Source of the DNA: Octopus vulgaris
Lineage: Eukaryota
Direction of reading: 5' to 3'
NCBI GenBank assembly: GCA_951406725.2
Contig: OX597827.1
Span: 79,670,001 to 79,734,000, forward strand
Length of the DNA: 64,000 nucleotides
The notes below the pieces were generated by a model that was not told where the DNA came from, made no database searches, and saw nothing but the letters and a program-made list of their open reading frames with translations. This document shows, piece by piece, positions 13,831 to 26,519 of the stretch. Position 1 is the stretch's first letter; each line of letters starts with the position of its first letter. A program made the position numbers and the translations under genes.

Positions 13831-16800
13831 GTGAAGGAGTGATAGAGAGAGAGATAATGTGTGCACTCAAAAATAAATCTCAGAAAACAAAGCCATCATC
13901 ATTTCTTTATAAATCTCTTGGGAGCAAAACCCATCATCAAATCATTGGAAGCAGCATTCATTTCCTCATATAATGATGAACAACAATAGCTTTTGGTTTT
14001 GTGTATTCTAGGAGCCAGTGGAGCATTTTCTATACAAGCAATAGCTGTTATGTTTAGTCTTGTCAACCAGCTTCCCTGCAATGCCTATTGACTGATTATT
14101 ATAAAAGGAAAAACTTTCTGGGTTTTTTTCTTTTTCACTCAACTTTTTTCATTTTTTTTTTTTCCTTATATTTTAGAAATAATCACACTGTGTGAAAGCT
14201 TTGGCTCCCCTTTCCACTATCTTTAACCAGGGGTGGGAGGGCTCATGGGTTAGAGGAAACTTCATTGTAATGCAAAAGCTAGCTTGGTATTGAGGGGAGA
14301 GTATTACAATGGGGTTGTCAGCATAGCTGTTAAGCAATTCTATTATTGAGCCGACTGGGGACAGAAGTAATTATTTGGTGTTTGACTGCAGGGAAATGTG
14401 TTATAAAAAAGAATAAATAAATAAAAGCAATAAATAGCATATGCAATCCAATACCATTCAATATTGTCCACTAGCGTGCATCAACAGACTCTTCTTTTCT
14501 TTGAAGTAATTGCTTTGAGTATCCAATGAAGAGGTCCATTAATTTAGAATGTTATGAGTAAATAATAAGGATGATGGTCATGAATAGGATGTTGGTCAGG
14601 GAATGGATGAGTTGATATTGCTATAATGTGAAAATGTGATACTGATATTGATAGTGGTTTCAGTGAAACTCATAAATATGTGACATGAAAACATTGATGC
14701 TGATGATGATGATGATCATCATCATTATGATGAAGATTATGGTGATGGTATCAGAAGCTACTCACAAGAATGTTAATGCTAGGAATTACTGATACATTCT
14801 AATGGTTTGGTGTGAAAGGCTGTCTACTTTATCTTCACACTGATTTGCAAAATCCTTTTATTTCTAAATTGTTCTCCACCACGAACTAAAGAAACCTAAA
14901 CTTAGTGACTTCATTCAATGTTTGGTAAACTCCAGAATATTTATGGTTGTTATTTGCTATTTAAAGAGAAGTGATTATACAGTAGTAGTAGAAGTAGTAG
15001 TAGTAGTAGTAGCAGTAGCTTGATGAGAGTTATATTGATGAAGAGAAATAGAATTTGGAAGAAAACTAAAATATAAATAATATATGAAGGAATAAAATGA
15101 AAGATATGCAGTGAAAAGAAAAATGAACACATTTAGAAGGGGACAAAAAGGAAGTGTTAGAAATGGAAGGTAAAAAAAGTTAATAAATATTAATAAGGGA
15201 AAGAAAGGTTAAATTAAAATGAAGCAATGAGAGAAGATGAAAATGGAAATAATGTCGAGAGAAAAGATTAATAAAGGAAAGATTGAAGTGAAGAAGAGAG
15301 AATATTCTAAAAAAAAAGAGACAAAAACATACATGAAAATAGAGAGAAGGGGAGAGGAAGTTAATAAAGGTGGTGGGAGAAAAGCTGAGAGAAAAAAAAA
15401 GATAAAAATTAAGACAAGAAGACAAAATATGCCTCAGAGTATTGCAAGTAGGAAGATGAGTTGGAGATATTTAGCTGAAAAGTTTACACTGTGAAAAGAA
15501 AGAAAACTAATAAGTATATATAATATAATTAAATCAACTGCTTCCTTAGAAAGGAGTCAATAGATTTCAAAGAAAACTGCCTTTTCATCTTGATATATAC
15601 TCTATTCTTTATTTCTGTAGAATATTTCATCTTTCTGTCTTCCTGATTAGTTATTTATTTTCTCCAGTCATTTCTCTGCTGATTCAACAATAGAGAAAGA
15701 AAAAAAAAAACTTCTAACCCTAGGGGTCCCGAAAGAACATGATTAGTTATCATCAGTCAGAAATTGAACCTGGGGCAGCAAGCCATGTAACTACTTACCA
15801 GCCAACCTACCAACCAACTTGCCAACCTAATGCTAGAGGGTCTGAAGATGATGAATTGGAGAAGTGGAGGGTTTAGGATGAAGGTAAGAAGTATTGTAAT
15901 ATCACTAAGAATGTTGCTATGGTTTCACATTTCTAGCAGAAGAATCTTCTTTGAATACAACTAAGCTGGAAACAGTCAACTAGCCAGTGTGCTTCTATAG
16001 AGTACCACAGATTTCTATAGGATGAATAAAGAAGCAATAGATTCTTAAATTAACGACAGCAAAGTTGTTGATGTCAACAGTATAGCTATGGCTGGTGTGG
16101 TTGTTGGATGTATGACCTTCTTCACCATTGTCTTATGTCAGACTGTGTTCTCAGGCAATGGAATATGGGATGCAAGTAATTCAAAATCAGATATTTCTAG
16201 AATTTCAAATTGAGTTATGATAATACTTCACTGCACCTATGGCAATACAAATTTTCCTGTAGAATTATACACATGTACACATACAAACACATATCTTTGT
16301 ACATATCTTTTCTTTGTAGATAGTTGAAATGCTTACATTCAATGTAGCATGAATATTTTGGTCAACATAGAACATTGTTCAATATTTAAATTTATATTCA
16401 TATGATAAATTTATATATCATTGCGTAGGTGTGTGTGTGTGAAATATTCATTGAGAAAAATTGAATTAAAGTCAGTTTAAATTATTCACTGAAACAGGAC
16501 CCACTATTATGGAAGACTAAATATTTTATGTTAAAAATTCACAGTGACTGACTTTGGATTGGAGTTTCGCTGAGAGTTACGGCTAATCAGAAGCCTAATG
16601 AAAAATTACCCCTGAAATTTAGAAGTTGCAGTCACCATGTATTTCTGAAAAATATAATGTATATCTTATATGTATCAATATCGTCATCATAATTATCATC
16701 ATCATTATTATTGTTTTGCATTTGCTTTCCATGCTGACATAGATTGGTTAGGTTCTCACAGTCTGAGTCCTTTCTTATTGAAACCTGCTGCTGTCAAAGA

Positions 16801-17434
16801 CTGGGGCTCATTTGTGTCCTTTCAGTTTGATATCTACAGCTGGATGCCCATCACATCACCAGTCACTTTACAGAGTGTACAGGATACATTGTCCCATGAC
16901 TCTAGCACTAGAGAGGTTGATAAACCCTTGGTGATACAGGACTAAAGGGACCTCATAACCTTATTCTTTATTCATTCATTTGTTATCTGCTTTGCAGTGT
17001 GTACTGGATGTATTTTCAGGACAACAACACGAGGGAAGTTGTCAAATTCTTGATGAGACAAACCTAAGGACATCTCACTCTTCCTAACTTCTGTGTGCTC
17101 ACAAATCACTTTAGTGGGTATGCATGGGTACCTAGTAGGCTTTCCATCATAGCAGCAATATATTAGTAATTCTACTAATAAAGATGGTCATTGGCCTAGT
17201 GAGTAGGAAAGGATGGTGGTAGAGAAGGCTTCCTTGTTTGCAGAAGACACAGGTGGTAAAGAAATGAAAAGCAAAAGACTATGAGTCATAGCAGAGACGG
17301 ATCGTGGAGGGAAGGTGAGCTCAGGTAAGGTACTACAGGGGACTAATACAGTCTCTTATATCTAGGTAAATAAGTGATGGGAGAGAGTTATATACTTATA
17401 CACACACAGTTATGTATGTGTGTGTGTGTGTGTA

Positions 17435-17610
17435 TCACTATCGTCTTTTAATATCCACTTTCCATACTGGTAGAGGTTGGACAATTTGACAGGGAACCAC
17501 CACGCTGTAGGGCTGTTTCAGGCTCCATGTCATTTTTGGCTTGGTTTCTACGGCTGGATGTACTTCCTAAAGTTAATTACTGTAAGGAGTGTACTGGCTG
17601 CTTCTTACAT
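17435..17610 (-). mobile_element. Degenerate RTE 3'-terminal fragment
   Basis: atatccactttccatactggtagaggttggac...tttctacggctggatg matches the reverse complement of the RTE terminus. Confidence 0.65.
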
Positions 17611-17611
17611 A

Positions 17612-17889
17612 TGCCAGCCTTGTCTGGCACCTGTGTCGGTGGCACATAAAAACACCATCCGAGCGTGGCCGTTCGCCAGCCTCGTCTGGCACCTGTGTCG
17701 GTGGCACATAAAATCACCCACTACACTCTCGGAGTGGTTGGCGTTAGGAAGGGCATCCAGCTGTAGAAACACTGCCAGATCTGACTGGCCTGGTGCAGCC
17801 TTCAGGCTCCCCAGACACCAGTTGAACCGTCCAACCCATGCTAGCATGGAGAGCGGACGTTAAATGATGATGATGATGATGATGATGAT
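17612..17889 (+). mobile_element. Young RTE 3'UTR fragment: two repeat modules, terminal motif and (GAT)n tail
   Basis: Near-identical to the reverse complement of 38291-38570; ends cggacgttaaatgatgatgat. Confidence 0.88.
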
Positions 17890-18049
17890 ATATATGTGCG
17901 TGTGTGTTTTAAGATGAGATCTAAGGATCCAGATGTAGGAAGTTAGTAAGATTTGAGCAGTGATATAGAAGATCAACTTTCAGAGTAGAAAGTATTAAAA
18001 AACCATTATCGAAGTGACTTCTTCTTCTCCTCCTCCTTCTTTGAACTTT

Positions 18050-18190
18050 TCCCTTTCTCCTTTCTGACAAAGAGCTATCCTCAAAATATTAAACTCTCTC
18101 CTTTTACTGAGCATCAAGTTGATATACTTCTTGTGCATGATCTCACATTTGTCGTTTTGCTTTTTTCGTTTTTCTCAGTGAATTCAAAAT
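18050..18190 (+). mobile_element. Degenerate Penelope pLTR-like fragment with a decayed hammerhead
   Basis: tttctgacaaagagctatcctcaaaatattaaa...tgagcatcaa...gtcgttttg...aattcaa parallels 52538-52662. Confidence 0.4.
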
Positions 18191-18195
18191 TCACT

Positions 18196-20027
18196 ATCAT
18201 CATCATCATCATCATCATCATCATCGTTTAACATCCGCTTTCCATGCTAGCATAGGTTGGACGATTTGACTGATGACTAGCAAACCAGATGGCTGTAGCA
18301 GGTACCAATCTGATCTGGCAGAGTTTCTAAAGCTGGATGTCCTTCATAATGCTATGCACTCTGAGAGTGTAGTGGGTACTTTTACATGCCACTGGCATGA
18401 GGACCAGTCAGGCAGTACTGGCAATGGCCACATTCAAATGGGGTTTTTTACATGCCACCTGCACAGGAACCAATCCAGTGGAACTGGCAACAACCTCGAT
18501 CAAATGTTTTTTCATGTGCTACTGGCATGGAAGCCAGTCAGCTGCTCTTGCAACGATCACACTCACATGGTGCTCTTAGCGCTCCACTGGTCTTAACAGG
18601 CCTTCGCAAGCAGAGTTTAGTGTCCAATGAAGGAAAGATATGCATAAGTGGGCTGGTTACACCCCTGGCATAGGCCACGGGTTATGGTCTCACTTGGCTT
18701 GTCGGGTCTTCTCGTGCACTGCATATTTCCAAAGGTCTAGGTCACTACTCATTGCCTTGGTGAAGCCTAAAGTTCGAAGGTCATGCTTCACCACCTCATC
18801 CCAGGACTTCCTTGGTCTACATCTTCCACAGGTTCCCTCAACTGCTCGGATTTGGCATTTTTCACACAGCTGTCCTCCTCCATTCTCGTCACATGACCAT
18901 ACCAGCGCAGTCATCTCTCTTGCACCCCACATCTGATGCTTCTTAGGTCCAACTTTTTTCTCAAGGTACTTACACACTGTTGAGTATGCACACCGATATT
19001 ACACATCCAGTGGAGCATACTAGCTTCATTCCTTGTGAACTTACACATGTCCTCAGCAGTCATGGCCCATGTTTCACTGCCATGTAGTATGGCTGTTCCT
19101 ACACATGCATCATACAGTCTACCTTTTACTCTGAGCAAGAGGCCCTTTGTCACCAGCAAAAGTAAGAGCTCTCTGAACTTTTCCCAGGCTATTCTTATTC
19201 TGGAAGCTACACTTTCCCCTGCTACTGACTTGGTCACCTACGTAATGGAAGCTATCAACTACTTCTAGTTTTTCTCCCTGGAATGTGGCGGAAGTTGTTC
19301 TCTGCACATTTTCAGTGTTTATTGTTCCTGAGCATCTGCCACATAGAAAAACTATCTTCCCATTTAGCCTTCCTTTGACATTGCTGCACCTCTTATGTGT
19401 CCATAGCTTACACTGGATACATCTTATAGAGTTTCTACCTATGTCTTTTCTACAGATCGAGCAGAGCCATATACCTGAAGGGATTTGTGGTTTGTCTGCC
19501 TTCCTACTTATTAGGACTTTTGTTTTAGCTATATTGACTCTAAGGCCCTTCAATTCTAATCCTTGTTTCCACACTTGAAACTTCTCCTCAAGTTCTGATT
19601 GTGACTCAGCAATAAGAGCAAGGTCGTCAGCATAGAGGAGCTCCCAGAGGCATCCTGTCTTGAATTCCTCTGTTATTGCCTGGAGGACTATGATAAATAG
19701 GAGGGGGCTGAGGACTGAACCTTGGTGGACCTCTACCCACAATTCTTCACCGTACTCATTGTCAACCCTCACCTTACTAACAGCATCTCTGTACATGGCT
19801 TGCACAGCTCTCACTAACCATTCATCTATCCCTAGTTTCCTCATTGACCACCAGATAAAGGATTGGGGGACCCTGTCAGAAGCTTTCTCCATGTCAACAA
19901 AAGCTAGTTACAGAGGTTTATCTTTGGCTAGGTATTTCTCCTACAGCTGTCTTACCAGAAATATATCATCTGTGGTGCTTTTCCCTGGCATGAACCCAAA
20001 CTGCATCTCATCTAAACTGACTCTCTC
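18196..20027 (-). mobile_element. 5'-truncated, frameshifted RTE LINE (PHD-containing RT) with 3'UTR array and (GAT)n tail
   Basis: ORFs contain HQGSVLSPLLF, LLYADDL, KTKV, CSIC..CIQC..H..C..CGRC, LHGSETW and GRCRPRKSWDEVVKHDL. Confidence 0.93.
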
Positions 20028-20399
20028 ATATATATATATATATACATACACACATGTCCTTTAAAAAACTGAACACCAATATATAAGCCTTGTCCAAGCT
20101 TAATTAGGTTAGCTCTGAAGAAAACCAAACAATACCAAAGTTACTGATCCCCTCAAACTATCAATCCACAAATACTTCTCAGTTAACAAGACAAGACTGA
20201 AGGACAACAATGAATAATGAGACTAAGACATCAGAGATTCACAATTAAAGAATGACAGATGTGCATTCTCATCATCAACTACCCAAATGGACATCACTAT
20301 GGTTTCAACATCTTGCTTTAGTCATTAGACGGCAGCTGTGCTGGGGCCCTGTCCTGAAGAGTTTAGTCAAATAAATTCACCCATGCATCTGACTGACTT

Positions 20400-21070
20400 G
20401 CCTCACAAAACAAAATCCTTGACAAACCTAAAGACTAGCAATCATAATTTAAGCATTGCCATCTCTATACATACTTCATACAAGTAGATATTAGAACTGG
20501 TGATAATTTCGAATATATACTTCAAACAAGTGGATTCTTTTCCCTATCTTTTCAACAACTACTTTCAAAAAGTAGGAGAAACACAGAATTGGGTCAATGT
20601 ATCTAGCATTTGGGAAACTGGCAAAATTTGTTTTAAAAGCAAATATTTAATCCTAAAGCAAAACTGATGACTTATGAAGATATCTTCTCCATGTTGTATG
20701 ATTGTAAAACATGGATACTTCATCATTTGACATAAAAAAAGCTGGATTGTTTCCATCAACTAAATTCTTTGCATCTTATACATCAAATAGAAGGACCATA
20801 AAATCAAGAATGCTATCCCAGAAAAATCCAACAGTTAAAGCATAAAATCAGTCATTATGAAACTCCAACTGTAATGGTTAAGACCTGTAACTAGAGTGAA
20901 AGTTAAGGGATACTTTGTGAAATTATCTTCTGGGAACTAACCATTATGTAAAAACCTAAAATATGCCTTTTCCACCAAGACAACCACCAGCTGAGGGTAG
21001 CCCTCAAATAATGTGCTCCAGAAACACTTCAACTGGTGTCACTCTATCACCCACCATGAGAACTGATCTC
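20400..21070 (+). mobile_element. Heavily decayed RTE-like LINE C-terminal fragment
   Basis: Remnant motifs KQVDSFPYL (20524) and atgttgtatgattgtaaaacatgg (LLYGCETW-like). Confidence 0.45.
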
Positions 21071-21109
21071 CTTCAAGTTGAAAGCAAACAATAAATTGCT
21101 AGGGCCCAA

Positions 21110-21334
21110 TTACGTGTGTGTGTGTGTGTGTGTATAGACACACCACACATGCACCCACCACACGTGCACAAACACACACACATGCACCCACCATGTGTGC
21201 ACACATATTGGTATACCACACACATATATAAATATATATACAATATATATGCGTATACACATATACATATATATATACATATATATGTATATATATTTGT
21301 GTGTATATACATGCATGTATATATATTTATATAC

Positions 21335-21400
<66 letters not shown>
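21110..21400. repeat. (TG)/(CA)/(TA) compound microsatellite
   Basis: Directly visible. Confidence 0.9.
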
Positions 21401-21401
<1 letters not shown>

Positions 21402-22124
21402 TATATTACCTACATATGCAAGTGCACATATATATTGCCCAGAATGATATTACATACTCTGCTACAGTTAACTTTTTCCTCTGTTGCAGAAATATTAATT
21501 CGTTGAAAAGGTATATATGGGAATTAGACGCTGCATGCTAAAGACATTTAGACAAACTGATATGTTATTTGAAAGATATAAAAATGAAATGAACATTAAA
21601 TAATGTTTTCTCAATTAGAGTAAACTATTTCAATTTGCCATTAATAAGAAATCTAAAAATAACACGCAGAAATTTCCTGATAGTTGCTTAACGTTCATAC
21701 AATTCTATAACTTAGTTTTCTACACTAAGAACTGCAGTCATACATTCACACCACATGTGATAACCATGTATATTCATTTGCTCATTCACAAGCAACTTTC
21801 TCTTTTTCTAATTGCGTGTGCGTGCTGAGGAATTTAAGTGTTTGTTTATCAGTTTCCCTATGTTTGTAATATATATATATATATACATTCATAAACACAA
21901 ATACTATTTTGCTATTACACTCTCTCATGAATTCAGTAGATTCTCGTATTTTAGTATATGTAATTATGACTATCAGTTTTTAACAAACACAACAGCAACA
22001 ACAACAACAGTGATAATAATGCACACACATACAAAATATAATACATATCATTAACACTATACATTTAACAAAATGAGTGTATATGTTGTTTGTGTATACC
22101 ATTCTCAAATTTGTATGTGTGCAT

Positions 22125-22234
22125 GTAGATATGAGTATATGAGCGTGTACATACAATAGTGTAGATATGGGTATATGAGCGTGTACATACAATAGTGTAG
22201 ATATGGGTATATGAGCGTGTACATACAATAGTGT
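22125..22234. repeat. 36-bp minisatellite, 3 copies
   Basis: gtagatatg(a/g)gtatatgagcgtgtacatacaatagt three times. Confidence 0.92.
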
Positions 22235-22426
22235 CACCCTCTAAGTTTGGAATGTTTTTAATATTTATGCTTTTCTAATTTGTGTGTGAGAATTCATGTA
22301 ACTTTCAACTTACCTGGCTGTCACAACCAGCTTCCCTGTCTGCTCTCCAGATTTGAGCGATATATGTAGATATGTGAGTATGTGTCTATTCATTGGCGCT
22401 ATCTTTTTTCTTCCCATCTGGTAGTG

Positions 22427-22458
<32 letters not shown>

Positions 22459-23656
22459 CACACACATATATATATATATAAGCTCTTTTTTTCTTTAGCT
22501 TAACTAAAAAGGTGAGACTGTTTGTGTAATTTCCACTTGCACGTAGATACACAAGTGTGTATAAGTGTGTGTTTTCATTTGTGTGTGTAGTTGTGAGCTC
22601 TTTTGCATACTTCCATATAAATGTGGTTTATATTAATCCATAAACTTGGAGGTGGGTTCCCACATCGAGATGAGTGAATGCTTTTCTGCATGTTTTATAT
22701 ACATGTTTACATCCTCACAACACTCTTCCAACTGCTGCATGCTTAAGAGCCCCGACCACATCTATCACAGTTATCACTTTCTGTTCAACTCATCAATATC
22801 ATTCTCCCCACACTTCCATTTGTCACATTTTCCTTTGACCTCCCAGCAACACTTGTCTCTACCCCCCTCCTTCTTCTTTATCTAAATATTCTCTTTAGGG
22901 TCTCAAACTTTTTACAAGCATTTTGTCTCTCTCACACATAGACATTGCTCAAAACATGAGCAGCAGCTGCTAGCCATGGCATGAAATATACAAATTTACA
23001 AACTTCTAACAGTAGTGACTGTATGTGTACACGCATGCACGCACACACGCACGCACGCACGCACACACACTCACACATACACACACATTGTATTAAGCTA
23101 ATACAATATTTATTAAAACATGTCACATCAGTATTATCTTTTACTTTATTGTTATTGTTCCACATTACATTTACTATTAAATATATATATATATATATAT
23201 ATATTAAATGTTTTTATTTGTATGAATGAATATACATATATACATAAGTATAACCATATAAATATATGTATGCACACGTGTGTGTGTGTAGATGTATGTG
23301 TGCATATATGTATATGAGTGTGTATATAGATGTATGTATATATATATATGTGTTGTGTGTGTGTATAGATGTATGTGTGTATATATATGTGTGTGTGTAT
23401 ATATGCATATATATATATAAATTCCAAGAAAGTTACAGGTTGTGAATCCAACCAAGGGTTAATATCTATCCAATATACTGCTGCTGGAAGAATACCCAAT
23501 TATTAATACATAAATGTTTTTTATTGCATACCTATTACATATTACCGAGTTTACTAAATGGGTGGGGGTAAAGATATATATATATATATTTACATACATA
23601 CACATCTCTATCTATATATATATACATACATATCTATCTATATATACATACATATT

Positions 23657-23697
<41 letters not shown>

Positions 23698-23704
23698 AAA
23701 TAAG

Positions 23705-23945
23705 CAACAAGGATGTCCAGTTCACTCAGCTGTAGAAATGAGTTGCAACATCACAGGTGCTGAGCTGTATTGGCCCCTTTGCCTTTCCCTTGAATAACAC
23801 CGGTGACATGGAGAGGGGAGAGTCTGCTATGTATGGGTGACCACTGGCCTTCCATAAACAACCTTGCCCAGACTTGTGCCACATAGTGGAACTTTCTAGG
23901 TGCAATTCCATGGGCATTCATGATCAAAGGGGTCTTTAAACTTTA
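23705..23945 (+). mobile_element. SINE-like fragment between (TA)n runs
   Basis: GC-richer block with gtccagttcactcagctgtagaaatg (resembles a SINE central domain), ending cattcatgatcaaaggggtcttt. Confidence 0.45.
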
Positions 23946-23959
23946 TATATATATATATA

Positions 23960-24122
23960 TAGGGGTAGGAGTGGCTGTGTGGTAAGTAGCTTGCTTACGA
24001 ACCACATGGTTCTGGGTTCAGTCCAACTGCATGGCATCTTGGGCAAGTGTCTTCTACTGTAGCCTGAGGCCGACTAAATCCTTTTGAGTGGATTCGGTAG
24101 ACGGAAACTGAAAGAAGCCCGT

Positions 24123-24182
<60 letters not shown>

Positions 24183-24410
24183 TGTATGTGTGTGTATATG
24201 TTTGTGTGTCTGTTTTTGTCACCCTAGCATCACTTGACAACCGATGCTGATGTCTTTGCGTCCCCATCACTTAGTGGTTCGGCAAGAGAGACCAATAGAA
24301 TAAGTACTAAGCTTACAAAGAATATGTCCTGGAGTTGATTTGCTCGACTAATGGCGGTGCTCCAGTATGGCCGCAGTCAAATGACTGAAAGAAGTAAAAG
24401 AATAAAAGAA
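23960..24410 (+). mobile_element. Full-length tRNA-derived SINE (CORE-like; possibly octopus OR2/OK type) with internal (TA)n
   Basis: A-box tggctgtgtgg, B-box ggttcagtcc, CORE-like tcttgggcaagtgtctt, tail gtaaaagaataaaagaa; near-identical to 36581-36991. Confidence 0.88.
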
Positions 24411-24564
24411 TATCATCATCATCATCATCATATATATACACACATATATATATATATGCATATTTATATGTGCATATATATAAGCATATTTATGTATATA
24501 TATATATATATGCATATGTATATATATATATGCATATATATATAAGCATTTATTTATGCATATG

Positions 24565-24604
<40 letters not shown>

Positions 24605-24799
24605 ATATGTATATGTATATATATGTATGCATATGATATGTATATGTATATATATTTTTTATATATTTATATATATATATCCATATGTATATATATATAT
24701 AAGCATAGATATATATGCATATATATGTATATCTATATATCCGTATATATGTTATTGTGCATGCACATCTATTCATTCAGAATATGTGTGAACACGTAT

Positions 24800-25232
24800 G
24801 TGTGTAGTAAGTAGATTACTTTTGGACACATTGCTCTGGGTTCAGTTCCACTTCATTGTACCTTGGGTAAGTGTCTTCTACTATAGTGTTGTGCTGACCA
24901 AGGCCCTGTGAGTGGATTTGGTAGATGGATCTTGAAAGAAACTCTTCATATACATATACGTATATATAGACATATATATATATATATTCACACACACACA
25001 CATGTATATATTTGTGTGTGTGTCTTTGTGTTTGTAGCCCCTACCACAGCTTGACAACTGATGTTGTGTTTAATTCCCTGTAACTTTGAATTTAGCAAAA
25101 GAGACCAATAGAATTAGTACTATGGTTACAGAGAATAAAGTCCTGGCATCGATTTATTCAACTAAAATCCCTGTAAGGCAGTGCTCCAGCATGGCCACAG
25201 TCAAATGACTTAAACAAGTAAAAATAAAAGTA
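24800..25232 (+). mobile_element. Older copy of the same tRNA-derived SINE
   Basis: gggttcagttcca, ccttgggtaagtgtcttctactatag, gtgagtggatttggtaga, gctccagcatggccacagtcaaatgact. Confidence 0.8.
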
Positions 25233-25244
25233 TATATATATATA

Positions 25245-25468
25245 TCCGTGCTGTGGGCAAACAAGCACCATCCGATCGTGGCCGTTTTGCCAAACCTGTG
25301 TCGGTGGCACATAAAAACTAAGCCTCGTCTGGCAAGCACATAAAACACCATCCGAGCTGGCGTTTGCCAGCTCGTCTGGCACCTGTGTGGTGGCACATTA
25401 TATATATATATATATATGAACGTCCAACCCATGCTGCACACGTTAAATGATGATGATGATGATGATGA

Positions 25469-25472
<4 letters not shown>
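25245..25472 (+). mobile_element. Scrambled RTE 3'UTR fragment
   Basis: Modules cctgtgtcggtggcacataaaa, then (TA)n in place of the central terminal motif, then cgtccaacccatgc...gttaaatgatgat. Confidence 0.75.
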
Positions 25473-25505
<33 letters not shown>

Positions 25506-25989
25506 CACACACATGTATATATATATGCATGCACATGTAGCAAGCTGTGTGTAATATTTAATGTGGATACACCACAGAAAGCCTAATTCATTAATTCATC
25601 TCAATGTGGTATCTCTCATATATATAGAGCATCAAAAAAGTTAAATATATATCAATAGCAAACGAAAATTGTCAAGTAACAGTGAACTGCCTACATCCAA
25701 ACTTCAAACTTACCCAGTCTTTATATTTGTTTACCTCCTATTCTCCTATTTCTTGCTGCCCCAGTACAATTGCACATTTCCACACACCCACTCTCCTAGT
25801 TCCAACTCATTTCTACTCACCTTGTATCAGGATTTCCCAGTCCTACCGATCAGTCTTTAACTTCTCCTCCAAATCTGAGTAACCATGCAACTCCTTTACA
25901 GCACAAACTTACTTGCCACTCCTCTCCATTTAAAGCCACCTCATCTCTGTCTTGATTTTGTAGTCTTCTAAGCTGCATAGTAACCTGAC

Positions 25990-26145
25990 AAGGGCTGGTG
26001 TCATGATAGAACACCCAATACATGTCGTAAAGTGTTTGGTTTTAGGAGGGGCATCCCTCTGTAGAAACCAGGCCAAGTGGACACTGGAGCATTTTGGAAT
26101 TCTTGAACATATTGAATCCTGTTAATCCATCCAGCCCATGACAAC
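25990..26145 (-). mobile_element. Degenerate RTE-tail-related fragment
   Basis: aacaccca...aaagtgtttggttttaggaggggcatccctctgtagaaacc...ccagcccatg; the motif order matches the family sense strand, so orientation is probably + rather than - (uncertain). Confidence 0.4.
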
Positions 26146-26159
26146 AGACACACACATAC

Positions 26160-26201
<42 letters not shown>

Positions 26202-26481
26202 CACAATATATATGTGTATGAATATGAGTGTGTATATACGTGTGCGTGTGTATACATATGCATGCATATGTATGTGTATCTGCACATACTCTTAAACAGT
26301 GACTTTGAAGTTTCAGTCAGCTAAGAGTCAAATGATGGCTTAGTAAGCTGAAGCTTCGAAGTCACTGTCAGTAACATTCTTGTTTAAGTATAGAATAACC
26401 CTACAGATTAATATGAAATTGTTTTTATTATAACTGAACATAAAAACAAACATTGATATATGTGTATCTGTATGTATCTTC

Positions 26482-26519
<38 letters not shown>

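Noticed and set aside
16088-16213. Short hydrophobic ORF MAGVVVGCMTFFTIVLC
   Set aside because: 41 codons with no homology or splice support; expected by chance.
22400-22417. MGRKKI resembling the MEF2 MADS-box start
   Set aside because: Similarity stops after six residues; no MADS motif follows.
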